Assembly: GCA_045643465.1 (NCBI GenBank)
Contig: JAZUKV010000010.1
Location: 70,412 to 134,411, forward strand
Direction of reading: 5' to 3'
Source of the DNA: Clostridia bacterium
GTDB lineage: Bacteria; Bacillota; Clostridia; TANB77; CAG-508
DNA length: 64,000 nt
Shown here piece by piece: positions 9,614 to 18,990 of the stretch. Within the stretch, counting starts at the first letter, position 1. Every line of letters starts with the position of its first letter. The notes beneath the pieces are model-generated. The model was given only the letters and a program-made list of their open reading frames with translations. It did no database searches and was not told the origin of the DNA. A program made the translations under genes and the position numbers.

Positions 9614-10933
9614 ATGGAAACAGAAATAATTAAACCAAAAACTTTGCCAGGATTTATGGAATTATTACCTGACGAACAAATATTATTTAATGATATGAAA
9701 GAAAAAATACAAAAATCATATGAAAGATATGGTTTTTTACCTTTAGATACACCAATAATAGAATCAGCAGATATACTTCTTGCAAAAGCAGGAGGCGAAA
9801 CAGAAAAACAAATATATAGATTTATGAAAGGTGAAAATGATTTAGCATTAAGATTTGATTTAACTGTTCCACTTGCTAAATATGTAACAGAATATTATCA
9901 AAATTTAAGTTTTCCTTTTAGAAGATATCAAATAGGTAAAGTTTATAGAGGAGAAAAAGCTCAAAGAGGTAGATTTCGTGAATTTTATCAATGTGATATA
10001 GATATAATTGGAGATGGAGAATTAAATATAATAAATGACGCGGAGCTTCCAAGTGTTATATATTCAACATTTAAAGATTTAGGTTTTGATAAATTCACTA
10101 TTTGCATGAATAATAGAAAATTATTAAATGGATTATTTGAAAGTTGTGACCTAAAAGACGAAAGTGCTAATATTTTAAGAACAATTGATAAAATAGATAA
10201 AATTGGAAAAGATGCAGTTATAAAAGAGCTAAAAGATCAATCAATTGATGAAGAAAAGATTAATTTAATAATGAAATTTATTTCAATTAATGCAAGTGTT
10301 GATGAGACAATTGAAGAGCTAAATAAATTAAATATTGATAATGAAACATTTAAAACAGGACGAGATGAGCTTCAGGATTTAGTAAAATATGTAAAAGTTT
10401 TTGGTGTTCCAGAATCTAATTTTAAAATAGATTTAACAATAGCAAGAGGTTTAGATTATTATACAGGTACAGTTTATGAAACATTTTTGGATGAATATAG
10501 ATTTTTAGGAAGTGTTTGCTCTGGTGGTAGATATGATAATTTAGCTGAATATTATACAGACAAAAAGCTTCCAGGAGTTGGAATTTCTATAGGACTTTCA
10601 AGACTATTTTTCCAATTAACATATAATAAAATAATTGAAGCTAATAAAAAGTCAACTGCAGATGTTTTGGTTATATCAATGGTTGATGATATGAGTGTTG
10701 CTGCAAAAACAGCAAATCAATTAAGATTAAATGGAATTAATACACAAATTTATTTAGAGCAAGCTAAGATAAAAAATCAATTTAAATATGCTAACAGATT
10801 AGAAATACCATATGTAGTAGTTATAGGTGAAGATGAAGTAAATAATGGAACTATTTCATTAAAAGATATGGTTACAGGGGAGCAAGAAATATTAAAGATT
10901 GAAGATGCAATTAGTAAAATAAAAAATAAATAA
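9614..10933 (+). CDS. hisS: histidine--tRNA ligase
   Basis: SD aggagga. Class II HisRS motifs are present (LRFDLTVPLAKY, YQIGKVYRGEKAQRGRFREFYQCD, GGRYDNL, GVGISIGLSRL). Confidence 0.93.
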   Translation: METEIIKPKTLPGFMELLPDEQILFNDMKEKIQKSYERYGFLPLDTPIIESADILLAKAGGETEKQIYRFMKGENDLALRFDLTVPLAKYVTEYYQNLSFPFRRYQIGKVYRGEKAQRGRFREFYQCDIDIIGDGELNIINDAELPSVIYSTFKDLGFDKFTICMNNRKLLNGLFESCDLKDESANILRTIDKIDKIGKDAVIKELKDQSIDEEKINLIMKFISINASVDETIEELNKLNIDNETFKTGRDELQDLVKYVKVFGVPESNFKIDLTIARGLDYYTGTVYETFLDEYRFLGSVCSGGRYDNLAEYYTDKKLPGVGISIGLSRLFFQLTYNKIIEANKKSTADVLVISMVDDMSVAAKTANQLRLNGINTQIYLEQAKIKNQFKYANRLEIPYVVVIGEDEVNNGTISLKDMVTGEQEILKIEDAISKIKNK

Positions 10934-11061
10934 AATTGAGAAAAGAGAAATGTGAGGAATATCTTACTTTCTCTTTTCTTTTTACCTAAAATTTCTATTG
11001 ACTTTTATACTAATCTGCTATAAACTTGATGAAGTAAAAAATGTAGAAAAAAGTTGAATTT

Positions 11062-11137
11062 GCTTGCATAGCTCAGTCGGTAGAGCACTACCTTGGTAAG
11101 GTAGTGGTCACCAGTTCGATTCTGGTTGCAAGCCCCA
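11062..11137 (+). tRNA. tRNA-Thr (anticodon GGU), CCA encoded
   Basis: Hand-folded cloverleaf. Acceptor GCTTGCA/TGCAAGC, D stem GCTC/GAGC, anticodon stem CTACC/GGTAG with loop TTGGTAA, T arm ACCAG-TTCGATT-CTGGT, discriminator C then CCA. Confidence 0.93.
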
Positions 11138-11161
11138 GTTTAGATGAAAGGAAATGATTAA

Positions 11162-12253
11162 ATGAAAATAGGAATTGTAGGACTTCCTAATGTTGGTAAA
11201 AGTACATTATTTAATGCAATAACAAATGCTGGAGCAGAATGTGCTAATTATCCATTTTGTACAATAGAGCCAAATGTTGGTGTTGTTCCAGTACCAGATG
11301 AAAGGTTAGATAATTTAGCCAAAATGTACAATCCAGAAAAAACAACACATGCAATTATAGAGTTTGTTGATATTGCAGGATTGGTTAAAGGAGCTAGTAA
11401 AGGGGAAGGTCTTGGTAATAAATTCTTATCACATATAAGAGAAGTTGATAGTATAGCTCAAGTTGTAAGATGTTTTGAAGATCCAAATGTTGTTCATGTT
11501 GATGGAAGCATTGATCCTGTGAGAGATATAGAAACAATTAATTTAGAGCTTATATTTGCAGATATAGAAACAATTGATAAAAGATTAGATAGAGCGAAGA
11601 AGAATCTAAAAGCTGATAAAAAATATCAATCTGAAATTGATGTTTTAGAAAAAATAAAATCAGCATTAGAAGCAGGAAAGACAGCCAGAACAGTTGAATT
11701 AACTGAAGAAGAAAATGAATTAATAAAAGATGCATTTCTTTTAACAATTAAACCAACATTATATATAGCAAATGTTTCAGAAGAGCAGTTAGCAGATGCT
11801 GATAATGATAAAAATGTTAAAAAAGTTAAAGAAATAGCTGCAAAAGAGCATGCTGAAGTAATACCACTTTGCGTTAAAATTGAAGAGGAATTAGCAAGTA
11901 TAGATGATAGCGAAAAAGCTGATATGTTAGAAATGTTAGGACTAACAGAATCTGGATTAGATAAAGTTATAAAATCAAGTTATGATTTATTAGGTTTAAT
12001 GTCATTTTTAACAGCAGGAGAGCCAGAAGTTAGAGCTTGGACAATTAAAAAAGGTACTAAAGCACCTCAGGCGGCTGGAAAAATTCACTCTGATATTGAA
12101 AGAGGATTTATTAGAGCAGAAATTGTTTCATATTCAGATTTAATGCGTGAAGGTTCAATGAATGCGGTAAAGGAAAAAGGTCTATTACGTTCAGAAGGAA
12201 AAGAATACATAATGCAAGATGGCGATATAGTCTTATTTAGATTTAATGTATAG
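11162..12253 (+). CDS. ychF: redox-regulated ribosome-binding ATPase YchF
   Basis: GIVGLPNVGKSTLFNA P-loop, DIAGLVKGAS, and a TGS-like C-terminus ending DGDIVLFRFNV. Confidence 0.95.
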   Translation: MKIGIVGLPNVGKSTLFNAITNAGAECANYPFCTIEPNVGVVPVPDERLDNLAKMYNPEKTTHAIIEFVDIAGLVKGASKGEGLGNKFLSHIREVDSIAQVVRCFEDPNVVHVDGSIDPVRDIETINLELIFADIETIDKRLDRAKKNLKADKKYQSEIDVLEKIKSALEAGKTARTVELTEEENELIKDAFLLTIKPTLYIANVSEEQLADADNDKNVKKVKEIAAKEHAEVIPLCVKIEEELASIDDSEKADMLEMLGLTESGLDKVIKSSYDLLGLMSFLTAGEPEVRAWTIKKGTKAPQAAGKIHSDIERGFIRAEIVSYSDLMREGSMNAVKEKGLLRSEGKEYIMQDGDIVLFRFNV

Positions 12254-12257
12254 ATCA

Positions 12258-12299
12258 AAAGTACAAATAATTACTGCAAAGTTTTTATTTGTACTTTTT
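12258..12299 (+). terminator. ychF terminator
   Basis: aaagtacaaataa/ttatttgtacttt stem plus a T-run. Confidence 0.7.
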
Positions 12300-12325
12300 A
12301 TAGTATTAATATGAATGGAGGTAAT

Positions 12326-13186
12326 ATGGCTTTGAAGGAGAAAGTATTTAATATAATTAAAAAGGTTTTATTAATTTTAAGTATATTATTTATAATATTA
12401 ATTCCTAATTTGGCAAATAAACATATATCTTTAGCTGATTCTGGATTTGATTCAAGTTATGATAGTGGAGGAAGTTATAGTTCATCTGATTATGGATCAA
12501 GTTCATCAAGCTATGACGGTGATTCTGATGTTGGATTTTTAGAAGTATTTATAACTATAGTAGTTATATTATTAATTGCTTTTATAGGATCTAGAAAATC
12601 TAATAAAGAAATGCCAAAAATAAATGAAGAAGAAGTAGAAAACAAGATTAAAGGATATATACCAAACTTCGATAAGCAAGAATTTTTAGATCAAAGTTAT
12701 CAGATTTATTTAGATGTACAAGATGCATGGATGAATTTTGAATTAGACAAAGTAAAAGATAAAATTAGTGATGAATTATTTAATATGTATGATTCACAAC
12801 TTTCAACACTTGAAATAAAAGGTCAGCAAAATGTGATGAAAAAATTTGTATTAAAAGATTCAAGTTTAAAAGATGTTGTTGTTCAAAATCAAAATATAAC
12901 TATAACAGCATTATATACAGTAGAATTTTATGATTACATAATAGAAAAATCATCAGGAAAAGTTCTAAGAGGAAATAGCACAAACAAAATAAGAAATACT
13001 TATGAAATGAAGTTTAGACAAACATTAAATACAAATGCAGCAGTAGACAAATGTCCAAATTGTGGTGCACCTTTAAAGAATATGAACGGAAGTACAGTTT
13101 GTGATTATTGTGGTTCAAAGATTGTTTCAGAAAATACAAAGTGGATATTAACTGATAAGAAAAATATTTATCAAACAATGGCATAA
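12326..13186 (+). CDS. Tim44-like domain membrane protein with C-terminal zinc ribbon (paralog 1)
   Basis: Signal-peptide-like N-terminus ending SLA/DSG, a Ser/Asp/Tyr-rich segment, a TM helix, then IPNFDKQEFLDQSYQIYLDVQDAWMNFELDKV... and CPNCG...CDYCGS. The ATG at 12326 follows GGAGG; an alternative ATG is at 12311. Confidence 0.7.
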   Translation: MALKEKVFNIIKKVLLILSILFIILIPNLANKHISLADSGFDSSYDSGGSYSSSDYGSSSSSYDGDSDVGFLEVFITIVVILLIAFIGSRKSNKEMPKINEEEVENKIKGYIPNFDKQEFLDQSYQIYLDVQDAWMNFELDKVKDKISDELFNMYDSQLSTLEIKGQQNVMKKFVLKDSSLKDVVVQNQNITITALYTVEFYDYIIEKSSGKVLRGNSTNKIRNTYEMKFRQTLNTNAAVDKCPNCGAPLKNMNGSTVCDYCGSKIVSENTKWILTDKKNIYQTMA

Positions 13187-13336
13187 AATTAAAAGGATAT
13201 AGCTTAAAGTTTATTTAAGCTATTCCTTTAAGGATTAATTTAAGTTAGCTCTTTAAAGTATAATAAAGAGGATGAGATGATTAAAATGTAGAATTAGTAT
13301 TTTTTATTATTTATAAAAAAAGGAGAATTTTATATT

Positions 13337-14335
13337 ATGAAATTAAAAGAAGAAAATAATAATAATGAAAAGAAATCAAAAAAAGGCGTATATAATTTTT
13401 TGAAAAAAAGTGCAATAATATTAACTATGGTAATAAGCATAATGGGATTTTTTACATTTGTTGATGAAAAGCCAACATGGGCAGATTCAGGACATAGTGT
13501 AAGTCATAGTAGTGGTGGTAGTCATAGCAGTAGTCATAGCAGTAGTCATAGTAGCAGCAGCTACAGCAGTAGTAGTAGCCACAGCAGTAGTAGTAGCCAC
13601 AGTAGTAATGGTTCAAGTAGTGGGCTTTTTAGCAGTAGTCATCCAATAAGAGATATTTTTGTTTCATTAATACTACTAGCAATAGTAGGATTTTACCCAG
13701 GGATGATAATATTTGCTATATCAAAAGCTAATAAGAAAAGAAGATATAGTTATGGAACCCCTACAATTAATGTTATAGATGAATCAAAACTTGAACAAGA
13801 AATTAAACAAATCATACCAAACTTTGATAGAGCAGCATTCTTAAATCAAGGATTTGAAAGTTATAAAGCAATACAAGACGCATGGATGAACTTTAAGTTA
13901 GAAGATGTAAGAGCTATTTTAACAGATGAATTATATAGCATGTATGATTCTCAATTAGCAATAATGGAAACAAAGCATGAACAAAACATCATGAAAGACA
14001 TAAAAATGCAAAGTAGCAAGTTAACTGGATATACTAACCAAAATGGAACAGTAACAATTACAACAGAATATTTCATAAATCTATATGATTATATAATCAA
14101 TACAGATACAAAGAAAGTAACAAGTGGAAATGCAAACACAAGATATACAGTTCGTTATCAAATGAAGTTCAGATTATCAACAGATGAAAATGATAAAGTT
14201 GAAAATTGTCCAAATTGTGGAGCAAAAGTAGATATAAATGCAGGTGGATATTGTGCATATTGCGGTTCAAAGATAGTAACAGAAAATACAAAATGGGTAT
14301 TAACAGAAAAAAATGTTTTACAACAATGGGATTAA
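13337..14335 (+). CDS. Tim44-like domain membrane protein with C-terminal zinc ribbon (paralog 2), with a Ser/His-rich ectodomain
   Basis: Same architecture as paralog 1: TWA/DSG, (SHSS)n low complexity, a TM helix, IPNFDRAAFLNQGFESYKAIQDAWMNFKLEDV..., CPNCG...CAYCGS. SD aggag. Confidence 0.75.
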   Translation: MKLKEENNNNEKKSKKGVYNFLKKSAIILTMVISIMGFFTFVDEKPTWADSGHSVSHSSGGSHSSSHSSSHSSSSYSSSSSHSSSSSHSSNGSSSGLFSSSHPIRDIFVSLILLAIVGFYPGMIIFAISKANKKRRYSYGTPTINVIDESKLEQEIKQIIPNFDRAAFLNQGFESYKAIQDAWMNFKLEDVRAILTDELYSMYDSQLAIMETKHEQNIMKDIKMQSSKLTGYTNQNGTVTITTEYFINLYDYIINTDTKKVTSGNANTRYTVRYQMKFRLSTDENDKVENCPNCGAKVDINAGGYCAYCGSKIVTENTKWVLTEKNVLQQWD

Positions 14336-14383
14336 TGTAAATGGGGACGGTTCTTATTTCCACTTTTTTCAAAAAAGGGACAG
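14336..14383 (+). repeat. REP-like element copy A (degenerate left arm, extended tail)
   Basis: GGGGACGGTTCTTATTTCCAC (14343-14363) matches 20 of 21 positions of the 29-nt unit seen at 36705. It is followed by TTTTTTCAAAAAAGGGACA, the same tail as copy B. Confidence 0.8.
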
Positions 14384-14405
14384 TATATAAGGAGAGAAAA
14401 GATAT

Positions 14406-14951
14406 ATGAGTAGTGTTTTAGAAAATTTAATTATGCAAGATTCAGATTTTTCAGAATCAAAATTTAAATCAAAAGTAGAAAATGAATTTGTTCAAATAAA
14501 ATTATCAATGGTTACTGGGAAAACAGAAAGAATCAATCACTTTGTAACTGATGAAATTTATGATAGGATTGTTGAAAAAGTTCAAGATGATATAAATAAT
14601 AATAGAATACAAATTTATGATGAACTAAATGTAGCTAATGTTCAAATCATAAATATACAAGAGCTTGAAGATTCATTTGAAATAGAAGTTAATGTAACTT
14701 CTAGGGCATTAGAATATTTTATTAGTAGAGATAATAGAAAATTTATATCAGGAAATAATAGCTATAGAACAGAAAGAGAAAACAAATTGATATTTAGAAA
14801 AATTAAAAATGCAAGAGATATGGGAACTGCTAGAAAATGTCCTTCTTGTGGAGCTAATATGGATATAAATAAAGATGGAAAATGTTCTTATTGTGGAGCG
14901 ATATATACATTACAAAATTATGATTGGGTAATCACATATATGGATATCTAA
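14406..14951 (+). CDS. Tim44-like/zinc-ribbon paralog 3, lacking the signal peptide and TM (predicted cytoplasmic)
   Basis: SD aaggag. It aligns with the C-terminal halves of paralogs 1 and 2 and ends with CPSCG...CSYCGA...YDWVIT. Confidence 0.7.
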   Translation: MSSVLENLIMQDSDFSESKFKSKVENEFVQIKLSMVTGKTERINHFVTDEIYDRIVEKVQDDINNNRIQIYDELNVANVQIINIQELEDSFEIEVNVTSRALEYFISRDNRKFISGNNSYRTERENKLIFRKIKNARDMGTARKCPSCGANMDINKDGKCSYCGAIYTLQNYDWVITYMDI

Positions 14952-14971
14952 TTTTTAGGAGGTCACAACAT

Positions 14972-15862
14972 ATGAGAATTGAAAAAGTTTATTTTAATAC
15001 AGAAGATGGTGCTGAATTAGTTGGATTATTGCATACAAGTGAGAATAAAAATGATACTGATGTAGTTATTCATACTCATGGAATGGGAAGTAATTGTTTA
15101 AAAAAGAGAGATGACATTATAGCAAAAAAATTGACAGATAATGGTATTTCATATTTTACATATAACAATAGAGGTGAAGGAATAATTAATAATGTGCGTT
15201 TTAATAAAGAGAAAGTTTTACAAGGCACAGTTTTTGAAGATGTGGAAGATTCATATTTTGATGTTGTAGGCGCAATAAATATTATGAAACAATGCGGATA
15301 CAAGAATATACATTTGCAAGGACATAGCTTAGGTTCAACCAAAACTTTATATACGTACAATAAAATTATTAATGATAAAAAATTTGATTTATTATCAAGC
15401 ATTAAGTCTATAATTTTATTATCTTTAGTAGATATAAATTATATTATGACTATGCTAGTATTTGAGAATAAAGAAATTGATATTGCTGGCATAGCTAGTG
15501 AAAAGGAGCATGAATCAAATCTTAACTACATAATAGATACAAAAACACCATTTATGCCATTAGTAAGTGCCAAAACATTTTTGAGATATTATAGAGATAA
15601 TGATAATATTAATTTTGCAAGATATAATAAAGATGAATTTGAATATAAAGAGCTTAATAATGTGAAAGTACCATTATTTATGAGATGGGGAAATAATAAA
15701 GAATTGGTAAGTATTCCATCAGAAAAAATAGTGGAAATACTTGAAAAAAAATTAGATAATGAAATTAAAGATATTGGAGTTATTGATGGAGCAAGTCATA
15801 ACTATAGTGGTAAAGAAGAAATTTTAGCAGAAGAGCTATTAAATTTTTTGGAAAATATTTAA
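14972..15862 (+). CDS. alpha/beta-fold hydrolase
   Basis: SD aggagg lies before the ATG at 14972 (MRIEKVYF). Motifs HTHGMGSN and the nucleophile elbow GHSLGS are present, with a C-terminal GASHNY. Confidence 0.75.
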   Translation: MRIEKVYFNTEDGAELVGLLHTSENKNDTDVVIHTHGMGSNCLKKRDDIIAKKLTDNGISYFTYNNRGEGIINNVRFNKEKVLQGTVFEDVEDSYFDVVGAINIMKQCGYKNIHLQGHSLGSTKTLYTYNKIINDKKFDLLSSIKSIILLSLVDINYIMTMLVFENKEIDIAGIASEKEHESNLNYIIDTKTPFMPLVSAKTFLRYYRDNDNINFARYNKDEFEYKELNNVKVPLFMRWGNNKELVSIPSEKIVEILEKKLDNEIKDIGVIDGASHNYSGKEEILAEELLNFLENI

Positions 15863-15954
15863 GTAGAGCTATAAATCATATGAGAAAAATTTTAAATTAC
15901 TATTGTAAAATAAATAGAAACATGTTATTATAATAGACATAATTAAAAACTAGA

Positions 15955-16211
15955 TAAAGGACAACACATGCAAAGTAAAACTAACAGAGAGCTGGATATA
16001 TGGTGAAATTCCAGTAAGATAATAATTTGAATGTTATCACCTTTATGTTGCTTAATCGAAAATATAGTTTTAATGAATCAAATATTATGAATAAATTAAG
16101 CCGATGATCTTGCGTTAAAAGAAATAAGAGAGCTATTTTTAATAGCTAAAATAGGTGGTACCGCGGATATATAGCCATTCGTCCTAATAGTTAGGATGAA
16201 TGGCTTTTTTG
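15955..16211 (+). promoter_or_regulatory. T-box riboswitch leader, isoleucine specifier
   Basis: Stem I begins cagagagc. The specifier AUC (16036-16038) is followed by A. The T-box sequence aaaataggtggtaccgcgg is at 16148-16166. The terminator is agccattcgtcctaa/ttaggatgaatggct plus T6 (16173-16211). Confidence 0.88.
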
Positions 16212-16231
16212 ATGAAAGGAGATCAAAAGAT

Positions 16232-18985
16232 ATGAGTGAAGAAGAAAAGAAAGATTATGGGAAAACATTAAATTTACCAAGTACAGAATTTCCAATGAGG
16301 GGAAATTTACCAGAAAATGAGCCAAAACTTTTTGAAGAAGTTTTTGAAAAAGATTTATATGAAAAAATGTTAAAAAAGAATGAAGGTAAAACACCATTTG
16401 TATTGCATGATGGACCTCCATATGCAAACGGTGTAATTCATATGGGACATGCTTTAAATAAAGTATTAAAAGATACAATTGTTAGATATAAAAATTTAAA
16501 GGGATTCTATACACCATTCATTCCAGGATTTGATACACATGGAATGCCAACAGAGAAAAAGGCAATTGAAAAATTAGGCTTAAATAGAGATGAAATTCCA
16601 GTAAATCAATTCAGGGACACATGTAAACAATTTACGCAAGATTATAAAGAAGCTCAAATCGAAGGATTCAAGCGTTTAGGTGTTCTTGCAGATTGGAAAA
16701 ATCCTTATATAACATATCAACCTCAAATGGAAGCAAAGCAACTTGGCGTTTTTGGCGAAATGTATAAAAAAGGATATATCTATAAAGGATTAAAACCAGT
16801 TTATTGGTGTACAGATTGCGAAACAGCTTTAGCAGAAGCAGAAATCGAATATAAGGATATAACATCAAATACAGCATATGTAAAATTTCCAGTAATAGAA
16901 GGTAAAGGTTTATTTGATGAAAGAGATACATTTGTTGTAATCTGGACAACAACACCTTGGACATTGCCCGGAAATACTGGAATAACAATTAGTCCAGATT
17001 TCAAATATAGTTTAGTAGATGCTGAGGGAGAAAAATTAATATTGGCTTCAGAGCTAGTTGATAATGTAATGAAGTTAGCTGAAATAAATGATTATTCTGT
17101 AATAAAAGAATATGAAGGAAAAGAATTAGAAGGCGTAATTTGTAAGCATCCATTTATGGAAAGAGAATCAAGAGTTGTTTTAGGTAGCGATGATACAATT
17201 TTAGTTGAATTAGATACAGGTACAGGTGCAGTTCATACAGCTCCTGGATATGGTAAAGAAGATTACCTTTGTGGATTAAAAAATAAATTAAATATGGTTG
17301 TAGCTGTTGATAACAAAGGGCATCAAACAGCGGAAGCAGGACCTTTTGCAGGAATGTATTATGCAAAATCTGATAAAGAGATTATAAAATGGTTAGATGA
17401 AAATGGTTTCTTATTAAAGAAAAAAGAAGTTCTACATTCATATCCACATTGTTGGAGATGTAAACATCCTGTAATTTATAGAGCAACAAGCCAATGGTTT
17501 GCATCAGTAGATGGTTTTAGAGAAGAAGCATTAAAGGCGATAAAAAGTGTTAAATGGTATCCTACATGGGGAGAAGAGCGTATATCAAAAATGATTGAAG
17601 ATAGAAATGATTGGTGTATTTCACGTCAAAGAACATGGGGAATTCCACTTCCAATATTCTATTGCAAAGAATGTGAAAAAGAATATGTAACACCAGAAAG
17701 TCTTGAGAAAATTCAAAATTTAGTAAAAGATAATGGAACTAATATTTGGTATGAGCTAGATGTAAAAGAATTAATGCCGGAAGGTGCAAAATGTTCTGAA
17801 TGTGGATGTACAGAATTTATCAAAGAAAAAGATATTATGGATGTTTGGTTTGATTCAGGTTCTACACATGAATCAGTTTTAGCAGAAAGAGGATTACCAG
17901 AAGCTGATATGTATTTAGAAGGAAGTGACCAATATAGAGGGTGGTTCCAATCATCATTATTAACATCTGTAGCAACAAAAGGAAAAGCACCATATAAGGA
18001 AGTTGTAACACATGGATATGTTGTTGATGAAAAAGGCAGAAAAATGTCAAAAAGTTTAGGTAATGGAATAGATCCAATTGATATGGTTAAAAAGTATGGA
18101 GCTGATATTGTAAGATTATGGGCAATTTCATCAGATTATACATCAGATGTAAGTATTTCAGAAGGTATAATGAAACAAGTTGCTGAAGTTTATAGAAAAA
18201 TACGTAATACAGCAAGATATATATTAGGAAATACAAGTGATTTTGATGTTAATAATCCAATAGCATACAAAGATATGGAAGAAATAGATAAATGGGCATT
18301 AACAAGATTAAATAAGTTAATAGAAGAATGCTCAAAAGCCTATGATGTATATGATTTCAAAAAAGCATATCAAACAATCAATACATTTTGTGTAGTAGAT
18401 ATGAGTAATTTTTATTTGGATATAATAAAAGATAGATTATATACAGCAAAGCCAGATTCAGTAGAAAGAAAATCAGCTCAAACAGCAATGTACGAAATTT
18501 TAAATGCATTAGTAAAAATATTAGCACCAATGACATGTTTTACTGCAGAAGAAATTTGGAAATTTATGCCACATAAAGCAGATGAAAAAGCAGAATCAGT
18601 AATGCTTACTAAATATCCAGAAGTAAATCCAGAATATAATAATAAAGAAATAGAAACAAAATGGGATAAAATTATTAAATTGAAGGAAGAGGTCGCAAAA
18701 GTTCTTGAAGAAGCAAGAGCAGCAAAAATGATAGGACATTCATTAAATGCAAAGGTTATTTTATCAGAGCAAAGTGAAGAGCTAAAATTCTTAAATGAAA
18801 ATAAAGATTTATTATTAACAGTATTTATAGTATCAGGACTAGAAATATTAGAAGGTGAATCTGAAATAAAAGTAGAAGTTGCAGAAGGAGAAAAATGCGA
18901 AAGATGTTGGATGTATTCAACATCAGTAGGTACAGATGCAACACATCCTACAATATGTCATAGATGTATAGAAGCATTAAAGTAA
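16232..18985 (+). CDS. ileS: isoleucine--tRNA ligase
   Basis: The start ATG at 16232 (MSEEEKKDY) follows SD aaggag. The ORF-track start at 16196 lies inside the T-box terminator. Motifs HMGHALNK (HIGH) and KMSKS are present, with a C-terminal zinc motif CERC...CHRC. Confidence 0.97.
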   Translation: MSEEEKKDYGKTLNLPSTEFPMRGNLPENEPKLFEEVFEKDLYEKMLKKNEGKTPFVLHDGPPYANGVIHMGHALNKVLKDTIVRYKNLKGFYTPFIPGFDTHGMPTEKKAIEKLGLNRDEIPVNQFRDTCKQFTQDYKEAQIEGFKRLGVLADWKNPYITYQPQMEAKQLGVFGEMYKKGYIYKGLKPVYWCTDCETALAEAEIEYKDITSNTAYVKFPVIEGKGLFDERDTFVVIWTTTPWTLPGNTGITISPDFKYSLVDAEGEKLILASELVDNVMKLAEINDYSVIKEYEGKELEGVICKHPFMERESRVVLGSDDTILVELDTGTGAVHTAPGYGKEDYLCGLKNKLNMVVAVDNKGHQTAEAGPFAGMYYAKSDKEIIKWLDENGFLLKKKEVLHSYPHCWRCKHPVIYRATSQWFASVDGFREEALKAIKSVKWYPTWGEERISKMIEDRNDWCISRQRTWGIPLPIFYCKECEKEYVTPESLEKIQNLVKDNGTNIWYELDVKELMPEGAKCSECGCTEFIKEKDIMDVWFDSGSTHESVLAERGLPEADMYLEGSDQYRGWFQSSLLTSVATKGKAPYKEVVTHGYVVDEKGRKMSKSLGNGIDPIDMVKKYGADIVRLWAISSDYTSDVSISEGIMKQVAEVYRKIRNTARYILGNTSDFDVNNPIAYKDMEEIDKWALTRLNKLIEECSKAYDVYDFKKAYQTINTFCVVDMSNFYLDIIKDRLYTAKPDSVERKSAQTAMYEILNALVKILAPMTCFTAEEIWKFMPHKADEKAESVMLTKYPEVNPEYNNKEIETKWDKIIKLKEEVAKVLEEARAAKMIGHSLNAKVILSEQSEELKFLNENKDLLLTVFIVSGLEILEGESEIKVEVAEGEKCERCWMYSTSVGTDATHPTICHRCIEALK

Positions 18986-18990
18986 AAAAA

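Noticed and set aside
12326-15862. Tim44-like triplet plus hydrolase as a toxin-antitoxin or phage-defence cassette
   Set aside because: No nuclease, NTPase, protease, TIR/SIR2 or other effector-type motif is visible. Composition is native, and the cluster lies in a housekeeping co-directional block. It is reported only as an uncharacterised paralog cluster.
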